A DNA stretch of 64,000 bases from the NCBI RefSeq assembly GCF_009914755.1, contig NC_060931.1; one strand, 5' to 3'. The translations under genes and the position numbers were made by a program. A model generated the notes under the pieces. That model saw nothing but the letters and a program-made list of their open reading frames with translations, did no database searches and had not been told where the DNA came from. Shown here in pieces: positions 59,201-64,000 of this stretch. Positions within the stretch are counted from its first letter, which is position 1; every line of letters starts with the position of its first letter. This stretch comes from the human T2T-CHM13v2.0 reference genome, Homo sapiens.

Positions 59201-59761
59201 CAGCAGCTCTGTCCACCTTGCTCTCCCCCTCATTGCTGCAGTGTGAAGTTTCTAAGGTGAACAAAACCTCCGTGGCCCCCCACTCTCCAATGGAGAAGGT
59301 CTTATTTCTTGGTGTGCCATGGGAGACCCCTTTCACACACTTCCAGCTGCCCCCAACACTGTCTGGCAGACAGCTAAGAGGAGCTCTGCTGAATCTGGAA
59401 GCTCAGCATGCTTCTAGTAAAGATACGCTTTTCCACGAGAAGTTCCTTCTGCTTAGATTGGATTTCCCTCAGCTCTTGCCCCTTCCTTCCAGGTCCAGCT
59501 TCCATGTCCTCCCATCTGGGAAGGTGGTCCCAGCATCTCTCTCCCTTCTAGGGGGGACCATGCCCACCACCCCATTATTGCCCTCACCATTGTGTCATAG
59601 TTGACTGCTTAAATGTCTGCCTCCTGCACCAAACTCTCCGAGGCTATGACCACTGTTTAAGTCCTCTCTGTATCCATACTCAGCATTTAGCACAAGGCCT
59701 GGTACACACTAAAGACTCCATCCACATTTCCTGATTGACTGGGCTAAAGGAAGGAAGAAGA

Positions 59762-60091
<330 letters not shown>

Positions 60092-61075
60092 TTAAAAATA
60101 AACCCAAAGATGCTGGGTCAAACCACCCAGGGGATATAAGAATTTAAAAGAGAGCATCTTTACAGCACCTTGATCCTCCATGACAAATGATAACATGCTT
60201 TTGAGTATTAATTTCAATGAGGATACAAACTCAGCACTGCATCTGAAACCCTCCTAAGTGTATTTCTTAGAACTGTAATCCCTGTCTGGCCCCATCACCT
60301 AATAGCAGGCAAATGAGGACACGACCATGAATGGAGGAGGGAAACACACTGGCTTACAACAGCCTGAGGCTCCTCAGGCTTCTCAACAAGCCTGAGGCTC
60401 CCTCCCAAGCCAGGCAGCTCAGGCCATGGATGAGGCAGCTAACTGGCCGCAGGGAGTCTCAAGGTCCACTTGGGGCCCTGCTGCTCCCCTGCTGCGTGGT
60501 CAGGGCAGGCAGCTGCCCTTCTCAGGCTTCAGCTTCCCGGTGAATAAGAGGAGGGGCTGGCCCAGAACCCTCCCATGACTGTCACTGTGGGTTCCTGTGT
60601 GATTCACAGTATTGTGGGTTGGCTTTTGGAGACTGGACTGTAGCCAAGCAGGTGGTGGTGCCCTGGTTACGGGAAGAGGCACAGTGACCCCACTCAGCAC
60701 AGCACAAGCCCTGCTGGGCTCAGGATGGAGTGAGGCTGAGGTCATCATGGGGGCTCCTCACAAATGCCCGGTACGGGGCCGCCCCGGGAGGATGATGTGG
60801 CTGGCTCACAGCAGCTCCACCTCCCTTTCTCTCCTGTATGGTCCGCAGGGCTCCTGGAGCTGGGCGCCTTGGGCCCCTGGAGCCGCACTGTGGTTCTGGG
60901 AGGTGAACACATATCCTTTTCCTCTGCAGGTATCAGTAGGTAAAGAGGAAACTTTTCCACTTTCAATCAGGCTAGTGCCTTCCTGAGGAAGAAACAGTAT
61001 TTCCTAACATTGAGAAGGGAAAAATGGGTCTCTTTCTCACATCTGTAAGTTCCCATTCATTCTGTCTCTGTGTCT

Positions 61076-61136
61076 TACACACACACCACACACACCCACA
61101 CACGTGCACACACACATGCGCGCACACACACACACA
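61076..61136. repeat. Interrupted (CA)n / alternating purine-pyrimidine tract
   Basis: acacacacac...cacgtgcacac...atgcgcgcacacac. Confidence 0.9.
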
Positions 61137-62547
61137 GGAATACCAGTTCTCACCTTTCCTTTCTGTGTAAACCAGAGGAGGTGCTAAATATTATGAACAG
61201 GAATTTGCCCCAGCTAACCTGACGAGGCCCTCCTGGCTGCCACCTTCCTCCCTCTCCCACACCCACAGCCCCCTGCCCATTCCTCTGCCCATACAAACCA
61301 CCCAGATTTCAGCAACTTCGCTGCTGAACGCCTCCAAACATAAACCTCCCAAATAACCCAGAGCTGCACCAAGCAATCCTAGACTTGAGCAAAGCAGTGA
61401 ATGGTCCAATCATGCCCCTCCTGGAGCCTGGCCTCCAGCTGGTTTCTCTTACGTGTGAGTGAGAATGGTGTGCGAGCGACAAGGAGCAAAGACCACCCCA
61501 CCCCCCGCCCCCCAACACCTGCCATCAAAGGGCTGCAGAGTCAAAAGTGGGAGGGGATGTTCAACCTTACACTTATTGGTGGATTTTTTTTTATGAGCGA
61601 TAAGGCATTATGTGTTCCTAAAATAATGTGTCTGACTGGCATTTTAACAAGTTCCTTGTATTTTAAATCATGACTTCCTGTGTGGATATTATCTGGCTTG
61701 GCTTGATTTGCTTATTAAAATTTTCTCCCCCTAATGTTCCCTTTCAGCCAGCAATGAGTGGGATTTTATTTCTTTTTCAAAGAAAAGAAGCCCACACAAT
61801 TTAGTTTATGTAATTCTGTGATATTCTTCCACACAATGGCCAGCACAAAAGAAAGCTTTTTTAGCACATGGCTTTGAGGCTGAAAGCACAAATTGAGGCA
61901 CAGGTTTCAGGAACAGGTGTCTGGGAGCTGAAGAGTTAGACAGAGATGGTGGTTTAGCAGCCACCTCCCACTCTCCTCCCTTACACCTGAGAGCCCCTAC
62001 ACCCGCCCCTGTCCCACAACATCCCTCATACACAGCAGTTCCCAAGCAGAGGTACAAATGGGTAAGCAGGACTCAAATCTCAGGATGTGAGAGGGAGAGG
62101 AGGACCCAGGGGCAGTATTTAATCTCATCCCAACACTTTCTTCTTATTTGACAGGTGATGAAGGCAATTCCCAGAGAGGTGGAGCCCTTCTTTTTAGCCT
62201 AACGAATTGTTTCCCTTAACAGTCGTGACTCAGAGGAAATGCGTGGGCTGCAGTGATTTTTGTGATCTCTTGTGCCTGCCATTGGGTTGGGTAGGAGGTT
62301 TCTGCTTTTAGACTGTTAGGACCAGCAGGGCCCAGCAGCAAGTAGAGCTCTGGATAAAGCTGCCCTGGCCTGTCTCCAAACCCTCCAACCCAGGCCATCC
62401 CCACTTCTCCTGTACTGCCTCAGGGATTCCCGGTGCTTCTGCTGGTCCTGCATCCGGACACCTGACCCATCCCAGTGCAGTCCAGGAACCAGGAACTCAA
62501 TTCGAGCAATTCTGGGCACCAAGCCTAGTGCTTACAAGAATTCCTGA

Positions 62548-62976
<429 letters not shown>

Positions 62977-63750
62977 TGAGCATCATCTATGTTCTTGCCA
63001 GGCACTACTTTTGCTGGAAATGCAGACCTAAAGGAGCTAGGCTGGGCTGCTGTCTTGGTGCCTGCCTTCTAAGTAGAGGGGACTGACAAAAAATAAGTTG
63101 ACAGGTAAGGCAGTTTTAGACAGAACATCTCATTCAGGCTCTGATCGAAATCTCCATTGAGGCCAGAGAGGAAGCTGCGGGACTGAGAACAGTCACTGAG
63201 TTCAGAGTGGAAGCTTTGGGGTAAAGCTTCCCCTAGAAGTGACTGAGCCAGGTAGACTTTGGAATGTGGTCGGAAGGCAACACAGCACAGTCGCTCAGTC
63301 CCTAATGAACTCTCTTCCTGCGATGACCTTGGCTTTTGTCAAAGCCTTGTACCAGGAATCTGCCACTATAATCGTGATTAAAAGTCTCTTAAGATCTTAC
63401 TCACCACATTTCATTGTGTTTCCTACAGAAAGTCTAAGATGAAACATTTTGTTAAGAACTTGGAGGAAGAAAAAAGTCCCTGTATTCTGATCATAAGAAC
63501 TAAGCTTTCCTTTTATCTTCTTGGCTGCCGAGAAGCTCAGAGAAGTGTCTGAATCTCAATTACTGCATTCTGTCCATCTGTTTTATAATTTGGAGAGAAT
63601 GCTTAAGAATGATAAAAGTGCCCTCTTATAATCGCCCATAAACAGGCTCAAATCCCCATTTCCTGCCACACGATGGATGACCTCAGAATTTTTATTAACA
63701 TTCTGAGCTGGGTTTTCTAGCAACCTGAGAATAGTGAAACTGGATAGTGT

Positions 63751-64000
63751 TTTGTTGTTGTTGTTGTTGTTGTTGTTGTTTGTTGTTTGGGGGGGACAGA
63801 GTCTCATTCTGTCACAGAGTACAGTGCATGATCTCGGCTCACTGCAACCTCCACCTCCCGGGTTCAAGCGATTCTCCCTGCCACAGCTTCAGCAGCTGCG
63901 ATTACAGGCGCCCGTCACCACGCCCAGCTAATTTTTTTTTTTTGAGACGGAGTTTCGCTCTTGTTGCCCAGGCTGGAGTTCAATGGCACGATCTCGGCTC
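63751..64000 (-). mobile_element. Alu right arm with (TTG)n tail, followed at its linker by a second antisense Alu (truncated by the window)
   Basis: Right arm to cccagctaattttt, then a new tttgagacggagtttcgctcttgttgcccagg start at ~63932. Confidence 0.9.

Overview
Primate (almost certainly human) non-coding genomic DNA, rich in interspersed repeats: about 25 Alu elements or monomers, L1 and L2 remnants, MIR, hAT DNA-transposon fossils (MER5, MER20, MER1B, MER107-like, Charlie4-like) and six ERV1-class solo LTRs. The only recognisable gene-derived sequence is a processed RPL18A pseudogene (about 32283-32795) joined directly to an antisense Alu. I recognise no intact protein-coding exon; the ORF track is mostly Alu read-throughs, low-complexity tracts, L1 ORF2 remnants and chance ORFs. 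A small CpG-rich promoter/enhancer-like module at about 7.1-7.65 kb ends in a consensus splice donor, and several strong + strand acceptors lie downstream, so the window could be part of a + strand lncRNA or intron (inference only). I found no convincing previously undescribed biological system. The best leads are the Alu/RPL18A composite with an open compensated reading frame, the AP-1/ARE/CRE module, the uniformly minus-strand LTR cluster and one unexplained ~80-nt hairpin. Repeat subfamily names come from recalled consensus sequences and need RepeatMasker/Dfam confirmation. Boundaries of old repeats are approximate.
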